DNA from: Eledone cirrhosa
Taxonomy: Eukaryota
Assembly (NCBI GenBank): GCA_964016885.1
Contig: OZ024741.1
Location: 181,846,001-181,910,000, forward strand
Length of the DNA: 64,000 bases
Direction: 5' to 3'
A program made the translations under genes and the position numbers. Under the pieces are notes generated by a model. It saw only the letters and a list, made by a program, of their open reading frames with translations, was not told where the DNA came from and did no database searches. This document shows, piece by piece, positions 14,368-28,938 of this stretch (positions are counted from its first letter, which is position 1; every line of letters begins with the position of its first letter).

Positions 14368-14560
14368 GGCGGTGGATTGGCAGTATCGGTAGAGGGTCGG
14401 ACGCCATGCTTTGATGCATGGAGTTATGGCCCTTTCCATTCTGAGTTCAAATCTCACCGAGGTTAACTTTGCCTTTCATCTTTACGGGGTCGATAAAATA
14501 AAGTACCAGTAATGCACTGATTTAATTACTGGCCTTGTGCCAAAAGTAGAAACAATTATA
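14368..14560 (+). mobile_element. tRNA-derived SINE (cephalopod-type)
   Basis: A-box-like tggcagtatcggtag, B-box-like gagttcaaatc, and core gaggttaactttgcctttcatc...ggggtcgataaaataaagtaccag shared with other copies. Confidence 0.8.
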
Positions 14561-14709
14561 ATAGATTTTAATATACAACATAGTTGGTTACTGCAGGGGA
14601 AATGTAACCTCCACAAATCATGATTTGTTAGCCACTATAGTAATCCTTCTCCATGGCTTAGCTGTAGGCCAGTAACCACTGGTAGGGTGTAATTCTGATA
14701 TAGCAGACG

Positions 14710-14915
14710 AGAGCAGCGGATTGGCAGAATTGTAAGAGCGTCAGACAAAATGCTGTACAGTATTTATTTCAACACTTTACATGTTCAAATCCAGCCCTGG
14801 TCAACTTTATCTTTCATTCTTACAAGTTCTATAAATTAAGGTAGCAATCAAGTATTGTGATCAGAATAACTGACTGTTCCCCACACCCAATTGTAGCTAG
14901 ATTAGAAACCATAAC
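14710..14915 (+). mobile_element. Diverged tRNA-derived SINE copy
   Basis: gcggattggcagaattgtaagag...gttcaaatcc...gtcaactttatctttcat. Confidence 0.6.
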
Positions 14916-16279
14916 AATCGATGTCAGCCTCAATCCTATCCCGCAGTGAGTTTCCGCTGGGAATCTTTAGTTGCTGTATTCTACTTCAAATAGTGATACT
15001 GTGGCATAGAAAATACAGTTAGAGAAAGTACGTCAAGAGGGTAAGTTATCACCAACTCTACTAAAAGTAACCAACAGTCTGGTGACGGCATCAAACCGAA
15101 CGTTGTGTTAAATTTACCACACAAGAAAATATAAAACAAACGAAAACATTGCTTTTTTCAATTCCTAATGATAACTGCCTATTGTATAACATTTGAGAAA
15201 GGCATGAATGCTATATATAATGTTCTACACTTGCCACTTTAACATTCTCTAATTTGAAACCTCTAACAATTCTAATTTATATGATCCTTTCTTTCTTATA
15301 ACCCTTCCACCTGCTTGTGTATTGGTATGCAATAATTTACTATATACTTGAATGAGAAACTCGAGGCATTGATAAGAAGAGTGTTTAACATTCACAGAAC
15401 ATTTTATTGCAAATATGAAATTGAAATAGGGAAACAGTTTCAAGTTATACATATATTTATTGGCGAGTTCTGAAATAAGAACCTTCGTGAACAAATGCCA
15501 ACATCTGGCAGCTGGTAGTGAAATCTTGGTGAAATGTCATTTCACGTAAAAACAAAATTGATAGAAAGCAGTACAGTAAAGAAATGCGAAATGAAAACTA
15601 TATTGAAGTAGGAGGGGAAAATATGAAGGTAAGAGGTATGAGAAATATGATATACTTGATAATACAGGTAATACTGGTACGCTTATTTAGCTTAAAACCT
15701 CTTAAAATAAATAATTGCTAGTTTCTGATTGGCTACTCGTTTCTCTGTTTTCTTTGTTTAATGCAAGGGGAAGAATTACATCGAGTTTATAAGTATGTTC
15801 GTGGATATTTATTAAGAGAACTCATTTTCCACAAACCATAGAAAATCCATCACGGTAATCATATTGAGAGTTTATTTTAATTTTAAATGTTCAATTTTCA
15901 ATTCTGTATAGATAGACAAATTGTTTGTTACCAATTATCTATTTTCTCTCCATTATCACTCAACAGAAATATATAGAAGAGTTTGTCATGTGTCATGTGT
16001 GTGAAGGAGAGAAATAGCAACAGATAGACAGATCAAGAGAGAGGGAGAGAGCGAAAAAGAGAGAGAGTGTGTGTATTTGTGTGTGTTACAAGATTCGAGA
16101 GCATCGCGATCATCAAGGGCTCAATAGCCAAGTGCCCCTATTTCTCCATCCTTTCTATCTTACAGGTGTACGTTTTGAGTAGGTCTATTTAACCCGGTTA
16201 TTCTCATTATATTCACCTACCTTTGTCCAAATATACGGGAGAGTAGTACATATCTTCACTCGTAAACAAGTCAGTAAGA

Positions 16280-17070
16280 TCTTGGACCACAACACAACCT
16301 TTTTCACCATAGCCATTGAACAGAGGTAAAGTGAAACGGTTTCATTACTCTGCGCGCATCTCGGGAAGATCTGTCTGACAGCATTTCCATGCCTGTATAG
16401 TATCTCAAGCCGACATCGACCATCAACAGCGCTGATAAACCTGAGATTACCAAAACTTATCTTTAGTCCCGCGGTTGAAAACCTCCGGAACAGACTAATT
16501 AATTAATTCTGGTCGATGCCTCGAGTTTTACCAAGAACGTTGTCGCTCCTACTCCTTATTAATGCTCTATAGACTGCTATCATAGAATTTCCACCGATTC
16601 GAAATCTGGAGAAATAAAAACTGGGAAAATGTGTGGTGGCTAGACAGTTATATATAACAGGAATGGTGTACGCGTTCACCATTTCTGCCCGACCTTTCAA
16701 GGATAGCTGCCTTTCGGTCTATTTCTGAGTAAAGCTATTTACTCTGCTCGTTCCCTCGCTCCAGATGTTATCCATCTGAAAGCCTGTAGCAAACCAAAAC
16801 ACGAGCAACTTAAATGGTCCGTCCGTTCAGCGCCTCACGATACGAAGGGATGGCATGGACTTGCCTCTCCATGTGTCGAACTGCAATTCCACTGTTTTCC
16901 TTTTATTTTTCGATCTTGTCACCCTTTCGTATTCCTTTATTACGGTGACGTCGACAGTACGTACTAATGTAGCTCGTCTGCATCCCGGTTGGTGCGGGAT
17001 ACACTTCCACAGCTCTAGCTTCAGAAGTAATGACTCGAGAATCAGCCTCTACAGAAGGGAGATATATGTA
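16280..17070 (-). pseudogene. Degenerate L1/Tx1-like reverse transcriptase fragment
   Basis: Minus-strand RQLSLKGRAEMVNAYTIPVIY resembles the post-RT motif of Tx1/L1 ORF2; heavily decayed. Confidence 0.45.
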
Positions 17071-17129
17071 AAATCAGGTTCAGAGATGGTATCTCTGAAC
17101 CTGATTTTATATATATACTGGGAGAAAAC

Positions 17130-18255
17130 AATAAAACATCTTTTATTTATGGTCAACACTTCAAGAAGTTGTACGCTACAGATGATAGATACCAAGTAGC
17201 ACTGCTCCAGACATTTCACGAATTTACTAGATAAATTGATAAGATTTGGATTAGAGAAATGTGCTGAGGCAAACTTGAAAACAGGAAAATTAATTAAGAT
17301 CACTAATATTATGTTATATAGAAAAACAGAGATAAGAGAGGTAGTCCAAACGCAGACCTAAAAATACTTAAACATCAATGGAAAAGACAATGTACAGAAA
17401 TAGTTTGCCGACATCAAGAAAACCAACAAATAGAAAACTGATACGGAAGTGACAGACAACTGTCACGAGAAAGAACTGAAATGAAAAATAAATAAATAAA
17501 TATAATGCAAGTGAAAATGAGGCTATAGAATTGATGGTCAAAACACTCTTACGTGGTTAATCGATAGACAAACCGGGCAAGGTGTACAGAACTTGCGAAA
17601 AAAATAAAAGTTAAGTTAAACATAGTAAAATGTCCTCACACGGCAAAGACCTAAATCAAATGAATATGGTGGAAATAAACAGAGGAAAACTTCCAACAAC
17701 AACTGAGGAAAGCACTGGACTCAAAGCCAAACGTGAAGGATCTTGATGGCACCATAAAATTAAAACCGGTTACTCAGTCACAGCAAACAGTGACTGCATC
17801 TACAGTTTTGACAGTTTCCCGTGTTCCCATATACTGAATATTATGTCAGTATTATGAAATACTAATAGAAACGTGGTGATATAAACGTATACCAGAAAAA
17901 TTCCCAAAATATATGAATCTACGCAAACATGAAGATTAAAAATTAAATTGGCTGGATACTATTGTCAAGAACATACTACGAAAAGAAGTGTCTTATAATT
18001 GGAATATTATCTTCAATAGACGTTAATGTATCTTTCTAAGAAATAGAGAAACTACCCAAATATTCGGAAATATTAATCACCAGAATGTGTTGACTAACAA
18101 AAAGAACACTCTCTGTGTTATTAAGTATCTTGGTGATGACCATAAACCATACAAATATATAACTCAAACTTGAAGAAATATACATATACAGAACATACAG
18201 AAAATGGCTGTACTAGGCACTGGACATATTTTATGTAGAGTACTTTCAATGAAAA
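17130..18255 (+). pseudogene. Old degenerate RLE-type (R4-like) non-LTR fragment
   Basis: IKHLLFM..KLYA, FGLEKCA and C-terminal IQKMAVLGTGHILCRVLS remnants. Confidence 0.5.
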
Positions 18256-18399
18256 AGAATACTCTAATCCCCCATTCACCCCAAAATAAACACTATATAT
18301 ACCCACAGCACAAACAACTACCCTCAGTAGTGTAGTGAAAACACACAATAAGTGTACGACTAGTGACTACTACTTCTACTACCATGATGATTTCAAATA

Positions 18400-18790
18400 C
18401 AGGCACATTAAATTGACTCCAGTGTGTTACTGGTACTTTATTTTATCGAACCTGTAAGGATCAAAAGCAAAGTGAACTTTGGCGGGATATGAACTCATGC
18501 CGCAAAACATGTTGATCGATGCTTTACCGATACTGATCATCCAGCGCCTTTAACTCAGAGAGTAATAATAATTATTATTTCTATTATAGGCACAAGGCCA
18601 GCAATTTTGGGGGAGAGGAATGTCGATTAAATCGACCCCATTGCATTACTCGTGCTTTATTTTATCGATCCCGTAAAGATGAAAGGCAAAGCTAACCTCG
18701 GTGGGATTTGAACTCAGACCTTAAAGGGACGTAACTTCTATGCTGCATAGCATGTTGTCCGACGCTCTACCGATACTGCTGATCCTAATA
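18400..18790 (-). mobile_element. Two adjacent tRNA-derived SINE copies
   Basis: Reverse complement of the SINE at 14368 (gatgaaaggcaaagctaacctcggtgggatttgaactc...ctaccgatactgc). Confidence 0.7.
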
Positions 18791-20046
18791 ATAATAATAT
18801 AGTAGAAAAAAGATGTGAAAAATGAATCGAAACCAGATCATATATTACTCGCTGAAACTTGTAATTTTTTAATTTTTTGTGAAGATGCCGAAACGAGGTT
18901 ATGCATAATCTGCTCATTGGAAGTCTACCTCTTTTACTTTGGTGATTGTTACTATCGCGGAATATGGTTATGCATAATCTCATGGAGACCTTTTGTGACT
19001 GTTAAATACCGAAATTCTCTTATATTATTTTTTTATATTTTTAAGTGGTCAACATGGGAGAAAAGGTCATACACCATTTCAATTGAATTCTACTGCTATC
19101 ATTTGCAGATAATTTTTATCGGATGTAACCGAATACCCTTTCTAATTTTCTAGAAATGTCCAATAAATATTCCAATGGTGTCGTTTTAAAAGGGGAAAAA
19201 TTTTCAGATTCCATATAACAAATGCCTTCTCTTTCTTGCTCTTTTATTATAAAGCTCAACCGAATACCAATCCTTTGCAATTTATCGATTAGCAATATCT
19301 AATAACAATTCGTTGTATAGATATTAAAATAGCCACCAGAGAGAAAGAAAATTATTGATGCTGTGAAGATAAATTAATAGCTTTCAAAATTCTCTATTGT
19401 TGTTCACTTCTGTAGCCATATGTTACATGTACAATGTTGATTACGGTACTAGACAATGTGTGACCTTTCAAAAACGCACCAGATAAAAACGAACTGCTTT
19501 TTATTTTATAAGTCACATATGTTCGGAGGATGTTGTTGATATTGTTATTGTTTTATGTGTTGCTGTAAATAATTCTTGCACTAGTTGTAACACATGAAAT
19601 ACTGAGATTTAACAATTATGTAGCGTAGGATAAAACGTATAATGCAGTTTAGGGTGGTGTAGATGTGTCGTTGTGCAATTATAGTGAAAATTTGGATTCT
19701 ATTCTACCACTTGGAAATGTTCAGAATTCTTTAATATCTCAAGTGGATATTAAGTTGTCTTTCAGATTAGCAACGCATTGCAATAGTCCAATATTCCAAT
19801 ATACCAATATTTCAATATTTTCTGTCAACTGATGGGGTTTAAATATTTTCTTTGGTACCATACAAAGATAATAGGCAACATTGCTATATTAAATGCGAGA
19901 GTAGAAGAGCGTAAGTGAGAGAGAGACAGGGGACAGAAAAGAGATAGATGGATAAGAAAGAATGAGTGAGAGAGAGATGAGAAGGAGCGAAAGAGAGAGA
20001 GCTAGAGATAGATATATAGATAGATAGAAAGAGAGAGAGAGAAGAA

Positions 20047-20145
<99 letters not shown>

Positions 20146-21950
20146 AGAGTATCGGTGCTGAAGATCGTTTAGTGTTTCCTGGCAATATACACATAATTAC
20201 AAATTTCATTACTAGAGTAGATCTGGTTTTGAATAGCATCTGCCTCAATGTTTTTGAAATTCTTCCTTTAGTTCCGTTCTTCATAAACAACAGAGATGAA
20301 TAAGGTTAATTTAGCTTTGGAAGCAAATGCATACATTTCTGTTAACTAACTACTATCAATGTCAGTAAGATATCATTCCTGGTGCTGTATTATGTGGCTT
20401 TCCTGATTTTGCTATGTAATTTATGAGATTTACTGTTTACGGTTATTATCTCTACTGCAGTTTAATCGCTCTGTAGAAATCCCTGTATGGGCGTTCATGT
20501 TGTAATTAGCTCCGGGTGGCGGTCAAATAATCATACATAGATAACAGGACTTTTTTTAAAAATTCATAGGGTATAATTCAATTACCCACGATTCAGCTGT
20601 CATTGAAGAACATTTTGCTGACATATTTATTTATATTAGAGATATGAAAAATCGAAGATAAGGTTTTCCTGTTTTTTCTTCCATTTTCCAGACAAAACAA
20701 CAACAACATCAACAACATAATCCCCCAATTAAATCATGCCAATTGATTATTACCTTTCGAACAAAACCAATATTACTGGACACTATATATTGGAATTCTT
20801 AGAAATGGACAGATGTACAGATGCAATTTCGTTATAATACAGAAGTGCAACAATGCTCCAAGGCTTACCTCTCCACCTTTATTTTCGTGCTAATAGATGG
20901 CCACTACTTAATCTGTTCAATCTTAACTCTTTTCACAATTTATTAAAGATACTTATGTTGTCAATTCATAACAGTAAAATGTGAAATCTACATTAATATA
21001 AATCTTATTTTGGCAATGACATTTTGGAAATACCTTTATTCTGTACTTGTTTTGTTTATTTATTCATTTTTTTGGTTTTTCTCTTGAACATCAATTTTAA
21101 TATTTGAACAGCTAGTATGTTAAAGTAGAAGAGGTGTAGCAAAAGCAGTTATCAGATCGATGACGAAAGAATTAGACATTTCTCCTAATATATTGTAGTT
21201 GGTTATTCATTTATACAATGACTACCATGCCCCATAATATATGAGATTGGGAAATGAAATTTGGTGACATTTATAGCCTATCCTAAGGTAATAAGCAATT
21301 TAATTGAAGAAAAATGTCTTCAATTAAAGTAGTGTGGAGGCTCAGATCACTGGAGGATTGCCTCTTATTTTTGATACAGCATATATATGATACAGTATGC
21401 GGATTTATTATTTATCAATAAACGGCTTGTTCAGTACTGAGTATATCGAAATAATTCGAAAACAGTTTTTCCCTCGTCGATATTCTGTCACCTAGAAGTT
21501 AGGATATAGCAATCTTCATATAAAGCCTCAGCTTTTACGATTACACAACTCTGCTATATTTACTTCACTGAAGTAAGTTTGTAATCAACTTGAGAAATAA
21601 AAGAAATAGATTTACATACACTCAGCATACACAGTATTTTCTATTGCCACAGCAATGTTTAGCAAACAATTGATTAACTATGCACTGATGTAATATTTCA
21701 GAAAACTAGAAAGCACTATAAATGCAAACGGAACAACATTAACATCACACGATGTCACTTTTATCTTTCCACTGAATATCAACATTGTGGACGTTCACCC
21801 TGCTGTCGTAAATAGGTAGGAAAGTATTTCTATATATCACTTAGGAAACTCAGAAAGGGAGTGTATATACATACATACATGTACACACATACATGTACAT
21901 ACATACATACATACATACATACATACATACATACATACATACATACATAC

Positions 21951-22564
21951 ATGGTGGTGGCTGCCAACTCGTTTTCGAGTACGGCCACTACTTTATATCC
22001 ATGTAGGAGAACCCCTACCAATGCGCTGAACGAGCGTGACTTTTTAGTCCAGCCAGCGACTTGAAAACTCTGGTACAAACACTACACCTGTGACAATTAT
22101 TGACACATAGTGCTGGGCCCATGGTACCATGTGACGACAAGTGCAGAGAGATCTCCAGATATAAAGCAATTCCTGTGCTGTGAAGCTTTTATAGTGAGCA
22201 AAGGCACTGCACAAAGCCAGTCCCACTCTCTTAACCAAGATGATATTTACCAAAAAGAAGAACAATTCAACATCATTGGATACCATCAGGGTTGCAGGTG
22301 TTATATCAGAGTTTTCCTTCTCCTAGAATTCTGCCTTGACAAAGGCTAAGGGGTCATCTCTCCCGGTGATTTTGGATGGCTATTGACTCTTAAGAGCCCC
22401 TTTGCCTTTTGACAGGTTTTGTTTTTAGTCCTGCAGGATGTCCAAAGCCACCCTCCTCACCAAGAAACCTTGGTGGGGTTGCCAGTTTAGTCGCCAACGA
22501 CCCGACCATGAGACAGGTTGTACTGGGATACATGTTACCAATAGCACCAACTGGTGACCTGACA
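21951..22564 (-). mobile_element. ~610-bp RTE-derived non-autonomous retroelement, copy 1
   Basis: Near-identical to the copies at 28256, 30147, 47263 and 47907; flanked on both sides by (CATA)n. Confidence 0.85.
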
Positions 22565-22618
22565 CATACATACATACATACATACATACATACATACATA
22601 CATACATACATACATACA

Positions 22619-23243
22619 TACATAATATAAAAGAGTACTGGTGGAATGTTCCAGTAAAAATCCCTATAAAATGCAAGCATAACAGACCAGATATTATGAT
22701 ATGGGATAGGGAGAAGAAAACATGCACAGTAGCGGAAATTAGCTGCCCAGCAGATGCTAATATAATATCAAAGTTAAGCGAAAAGGAGAATATTTATGCA
22801 GAACTGATGAGAAATCTGCAGATACTCCACCTTGATTATACCTTCAGATTAATGCCTGTGATTATTGGGGCACTGGGATATGTTAGTAACTGCCTCAATA
22901 CAAATCTTGAGAAGCCGGGCTTCACAGGAAAAGAAAGAACACAACTAGTTAGGAAATTACAAGTACAATCCATTAATGGAACAGTAAAAACATGTAAAAC
23001 ATTCCAAAAAGTTTGCATCTAATAACTGCATATACACATATAGAGATACTAAGCATATATACACATGCACACATACAACTCAAAACATCCATATCTACAC
23101 ATGATGTATGCAGACCTGCATACATATCTACCTAGTTGATGTTGTAGAGACTCTTGTGTCTATGTTAGAGACTCTTGTGTCTATGTTAGAAACCGACTCT
23201 CTCTCTATTGGCAAAAATTTGTGAAATTATAAAACCAGAAGAA
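22619..23243 (+). mobile_element. 5'-truncated RLE (R4/Dong-like) non-LTR copy
   Basis: RPDIMIWD...VAEISCP endonuclease motif; matches 26752-27368; ends CCAGAAGAA|CATAC. Confidence 0.85.
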
Positions 23244-23312
23244 CATACATACATATAAACATACACACACACATACATATATACATATACACATACACAT
23301 ACATACATGCAT

Positions 23313-26300
23313 AGACAGCCAACGCGATCAGTCGCATATTTTGGCGTGGGAGACTATTTATTAAATTTAAGATGAATACTATCTCCGACAGTAATGCCAT
23401 AACTACAGTTAGGTTGAATAACTGGTTATTCTTCTAACTATATCTTCTGAAGACACATTTTATTCGAATTCGTAGAGATATCCGACTAAATACATAATTC
23501 ATTTTACAAGGATTTGCTACAAACAGCATGGCTGAACACAACATCAACAACAAAATTAAGGCAGTATCGAAGACAAATAACAAGGAAAGTAAACAAACTT
23601 TATTCAGTTGTTGCTACAGAAGAAACCGAAATTATAAATCGCATTTCTCTTGGAGTTGCGAACTTAATAATGATTTATTTAATTGTTATAAAATGGCAAA
23701 GGACAACCTCTCCATTGGCTATATGAACAGAATGAAGCTACACTGGGACGAAATGCACCCAGAGCTAAATTATTTCACAGCGAAACAATTACGTCAACAA
23801 GCGACGTTTGTTGAACGTAAAAATAAGATAAATATTATGAATTGTAAGTCCCCCACAACAAACATGTTATCAACAACACGTGCTACATGTCGCCATGCTA
23901 CTAGACTTCCCAGCAGCCAGGTCGAACAGCGCCTTGAAACAACTATGCCTGTAAGAAACTTGACACCACCTGTACCATCTAAGTCTACCTCGAATGCTGG
24001 GGAAAACACTATCGATAATAATAATAATCGAAGAAATACTAATAATAATCGAAGAAACTTGACACCACGTGTACCATCCGAGTCTACCTCGACTGTTGTG
24101 GAAAATACTATCGATAATGAAAATAATCAAAAAGTATAAACAATTGAAAATTTCCCTCAACGAAATCTTCCAGAGAGAAATTAATCCATGTATTAATGAA
24201 CATATTAAAACGACAATGTTTAATAAAAAAAAACAAATAATCAAATATTACGTGTTATTGACGAAATAGGGGATAAATATTTACGACAGATAAAAACCCC
24301 AACATTTTGGCAAATCAACGCCTGTTTATATGCCCTAGTAACGACAGTGAAACATTATCTTGGTGGTAGCAGAGATATTAACAAGAACAGAACACCACCA
24401 AAACTACCATCATATATAACTAAAATAGAAAAAAAGATTGCTGACCTACGAAAAACCATAGGATGTGTGACAATGCTCCTTACATGCAAACACACTAAAA
24501 AAAACCTCACTCCTCACCAACAAAGAGTGAACAATAAAATAGAGACGATGTTTGGTAACAATAGAACCAGAACGCTTCAATATAAGTTGATCACCCTCAA
24601 ACAAGAATTGAGAGCTGTTAGCGAAAAACGCCGATACCTGAAGAAGGTAGATGAGAGAAAAGTGCTTAATAAAAGATTCAGGCGAAACCAAACATCAGTC
24701 TATAGAGGTATGAAGGGCAAAATAATAAGTGTCACTGAGGCCCCATCCCAGAAAGACATAGATTCCTTTTGGAGCAAAATATGGGGTGAAAAGAAGAATT
24801 TCAACCAAGATGCAGTGTGGCTTAGAGAAATCCGAAAGAACTATTGCTCCTACACTACAACAAACACATACAAAATAAGTGAGGGTACCCTTAACACTGT
24901 GATAGGAAAACTCCAAGATAAGAAAACACCAGGAAGAGACATGATTGTCGGCTACTGGTACAAAATACTGATATTCTATCGGAGGTATCTTACTGACCTC
25001 TACCAACAAGTTCTTAAGGGAGATACACTTATACCAGAATGGTTGACATTAGCACAAACATTACTGGTCCCCAAGAACAAAAACACCCACTTGGCAAAAA
25101 GCTACCGACCCATTGCATGCCAGAACTTGATGTATAAGATGTATACAGCCTGCCTGAACCTATTTCTCCAAGATCACAGATGAACAAGCAGCTGGAAAGA
25201 AAGGGGTTTAGGGATGTGCTGAACAACTCCTAATGAACAAAACTGCGATGTCGGAGGTGCGACAACTTAGGAGGAATATGGCTACAGTCTGGCTGGACTA
25301 CAGGAAAGCTTTCTATTCTGTTCCCCACTCTTGGATGATAGAGGCCCTCCAACTTGCTAAAGTCCCAGACATTATTGTCAGAGCCATAGAGAGGCTGTCT
25401 TCTTCTTGGGATACTATCCTAAGGTTAAAGACAGAGAAGGAGGACTCTATTTTCACTAATAAAATAAAATATTGCAGGGGTATATTTCAGGGGGACAGTC
25501 TCTCTGTGATATTATACATCTTGTCATTAAACCCCTTGTCCTTTCTGCTCAAGAAATGTGAGGGATATATCATTGGCTCACAGGAGGACATAAATACGAA
25601 CCTAACCCATCATTTCTTTGTGGATGATCTGAAACTCTATGCCAAGAACATGGATGGGATGAATAAACATCTTGACCTGGTTACAACATACTCAAAGGAT
25701 ATAGGAATGGAGTTTAGTCAAGATAAATGTTCATATATGACTGTAAAGCGGGGAAAAATAACAGCCCAATCTAGCAACATTGTCATCAATGGCCTAACTC
25801 TTTCACCGATATCTGATGAGGACTGCTACAGATACCTGGAGATAGAAGAGAACATATCCTATAATGGTGTCTGTAATAAGGAACGCGTAACCAGAGAATA
25901 CTACACCCGATTAAGAAAGATTTGGTCATCGGAACTCTCTGCGCAAAACGAAACAGTGTCTCACAATGTGTTTGCTGCGCCTGTCCTAACACCAACGTTT
26001 GGAATACTCAATTGGACGATAGACGAAATCCGAGGAGTTGATGTTGGAACTCGAAAAATACTAAACAACACCGGAAATTTCCACATCAACAGTGACATAG
26101 ACCGCCTTTACTTGAAACGTAAGCAGGGTGGTAGAGGCCTAACATCAGTCAAGGCATTTGAATGTCGCATCATATCTCTCCGACAACATCTACGAACCTC
26201 GAAGCGTAGGAGCCCGTTTCTCCAGCAAGTCTATCTGCATGAAACAGATAAGATCATGAGAGTTGGGAAGGAACTCCTCGAGAGATATTCCCTGTGTGAT

Positions 26301-27368
26301 AATCAAAAACTCACACCCAGGGATGTCGCTCAGCAGTATCGCAGTGAATCCATGGATGAAAAACTGCATGCTTATCAGCAAAACATCATGCATGGATATG
26401 TTGCCAGGAAGCTCCAGAGTGAGAGTAATATAAATAAGGAAGTAGTTTATCTTGGACCAACAACCGCTATATTGGCTCCCACTTTGAAGGATACGCTTTT
26501 GCAATCTAAAAACAGGAAATTAACACGAAATACCTGATTTACAAAAGAGATAGGATGCAGGCAAAACACCTAGATGTGATAACAAGTGCAGACTCTGCAG
26601 AAATAACATCGAAGATGTCACCCATGTCATCAGCAGCTGTCCAAAGATGAGGCATGATGTAGTGGCCAAAACATTGTTCGATGCAATCCGTAGAAAAGAT
26701 AGCCCCGATAATAAATACATTAAAAGCTACAGCAATGTGGAAGACATCCATGTACATAATATGAAAAAGTACTGGTGGAATGTTCCAGTAAAAACCCCAA
26801 TAAAATGCAGGCATAACAGACCAGATATTATGATATGGGAAATAGTAGCGGAAATTAGCTACCCAGCAGATGCCAATATAATATCAAAGATTAGTAAAAA
26901 TGAGAATATTTATGCAGAACTGATGAGAAATCTGCAGATACTCCACTCTGATTACACCTTCAGATTTATGCCTGTGATTATTGGGGCAATGGGGTATGTT
27001 AGTAACTGCCTCAATACAAATCTTGAGAAGCTAGACTTCACAGGAACAGAAAGAATACAACTAGTTAGGAAATTACAAGTACAATCCATTAACGGAACAG
27101 TAAAAATATGTAAAACATTCCAAAAGGTTTGCATCTAATAACTGCATATATACATGTACAGATACAAAGCATATACACATACCCACATACAACTCAAAAC
27201 ATACACATCCACACAGACAATAACATCCATATCTACACATGCATGCATACATACATATTTACCTAGTTGATGTTGTGTAAATTCCAATGAGAGAGTCTTG
27301 TATCTATGTTAGGAACCGACTCTCTCTCTCTATTGGTAAAACTTTGTGAAATTTTAAAACCAGAAGAA
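23313..27368 (+). mobile_element. Near full-length RLE-type (R4/Dong-like) non-LTR retrotransposon, frameshifted
   Basis: RT motifs YRPIAC, WLDYRKAFYSVPH, GIFQGDSLS, FFVDDLKLY; RLYLKRKQGGRGL; CCHC knuckle CRLC..HVISSC; RHD; RPDI..EIS REL endonuclease; flanked by CATA-rich repeats. Confidence 0.9.
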
Positions 27369-27502
27369 CATACATACATATAAACATACACACACACACA
27401 TATACATACATACATATATACATACACACACACATACATATATATACACATACACACACACATACGTACATACAAACATACGTACATACTTACATACATA
27501 CA

Positions 27503-28010
27503 TGAGGATTGAAGAGTTTCCACAGACGATTGCCGCCTCTTATAAATTCTTCATTGTCATCCCATCTGCGTCCATGACTTCGTAGATGACTTTGTAGACC
27601 AGCTGTAGATCTGCATGGTTTACGACACAGGTGACAGAAGAGAGTTGTGCTTTCCACAAACCGGTCGGGTCATCATGTGAGACACAACTTTTATGCACCA
27701 CCATGTGCTTTTTTAGCTCGGAACTAGTTCTACGAACTTTGTTGCATATAATGCACGTTCTTTCGCCAGGTCTTTGTTGAATGGTGTTGTGGGTGGTTAT
27801 CCTTTCATGTGACTTCAGGTGATTTACACAATCAGCTTTTGAGAGGAGTACACGCTGACAAAATATGCATGTCTTACAACTGATGCCTTCATCAAGAGCA
27901 CAACCCTTCCGTAACTGACGCTTTATATTCTAGACGACATTCATCAAAACTTTTACAACTGTCCTTTGTGCGCTTTCTCCACTCATCCCTATTTAGAGCT
28001 ACCTCCTCCT
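27503..28010 (-). mobile_element. 3' fragment of an RTE-like LINE with C2H2 zinc-finger remnants
   Basis: Minus-strand CIFCQRVLLSKADCVNHLKSH, CIICNKVRRTSSELKKHMVVH, CRKPCRSTAGLQSHLRSH followed by a (TATG)n tail. Confidence 0.55.
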
Positions 28011-28255
28011 ATACATAAATACATACATACATACATACATACATACATACATACATGATGGCTGCAAACTCTGCTAAGAGTATTGCAATCGCTGGTCAGA
28101 TTACTGAAAATAGTGCTACGGCCAGCCACACGAACCTGTAACAGATCCTGTACAAGCTTTGAAGGTTTTTTAAGTGGCAAAAGGCCTTGCGCTATACACA
28201 CATAATACATACTTGAAATATACACACATACACACACACATACATACATATATAC

Positions 28256-28859
28256 ATGGTGGCTGCCAACTCGTTTTCGAGTACGGCCACTACTTTATAT
28301 CCATGTAGGAGAACCCCTACCGATGCGCTGAATGAGTGTGACGTTTTAGTCCAGCCAGCGACTTGAAAACTCTGGTACAAACAATACACAATTATTGACA
28401 CATAGTGCTGGGCCCATGGTACCATGAGACGACAAGTGCAGAGAGATCTCCAGATATAAAGCAATGCCTGTGCCGTGAAGCTTTTATAGTGAGCAAAGGC
28501 ACTGCACAAAGCCAGTCCCACTCTCTTAACCAAGATGATATTTACCAAAAAGAAGAACAAGTCAACATCATTGGATACCATCAGAGTTGCAGGTGTTATA
28601 TCAGAGTTTTCCTTCTCCTAGAATTCTGCCTTGACAAAGGCTAAGGGGTCATCTCTCCCGGTGATTTTAGATGACCATTCACTCTTAAGAGCTCCTTTGC
28701 CCTTTGACAGGTTTTTTTTTTAGTCCTGCAGGGTGTCCAAAGTCACCCTCCTCACCAAGAAACCTTGGTGGGGTTGCCAGTTTAGACGCCAACGACCCGA
28801 CCATGAGAGAGGTTGTACTGGGATACATGTTACCAGTAACACCAACTGGTGATCTGACA
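28256..28859 (-). mobile_element. RTE-derived non-autonomous element, copy 2
   Basis: Same sequence as copy 1; CATA-repeat flanks. Confidence 0.85.
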
Positions 28860-28907
28860 TACATACATACATACATACATACATACATACATACATACAT
28901 ACATACA

Positions 28908-28938
<31 letters not shown>

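Noticed and set aside
18800-21800. Patchy coding-like sequence on the minus strand
   Set aside because: No recognisable motif or sustained frame; it needs a tBLASTx/Dfam search to call.
22110-22349. Recurrent 79-aa ORF MLGPWYH...CLDKG
   Set aside because: It is antisense to the young RTE-derived element; recurrence reflects copy identity, not coding selection.
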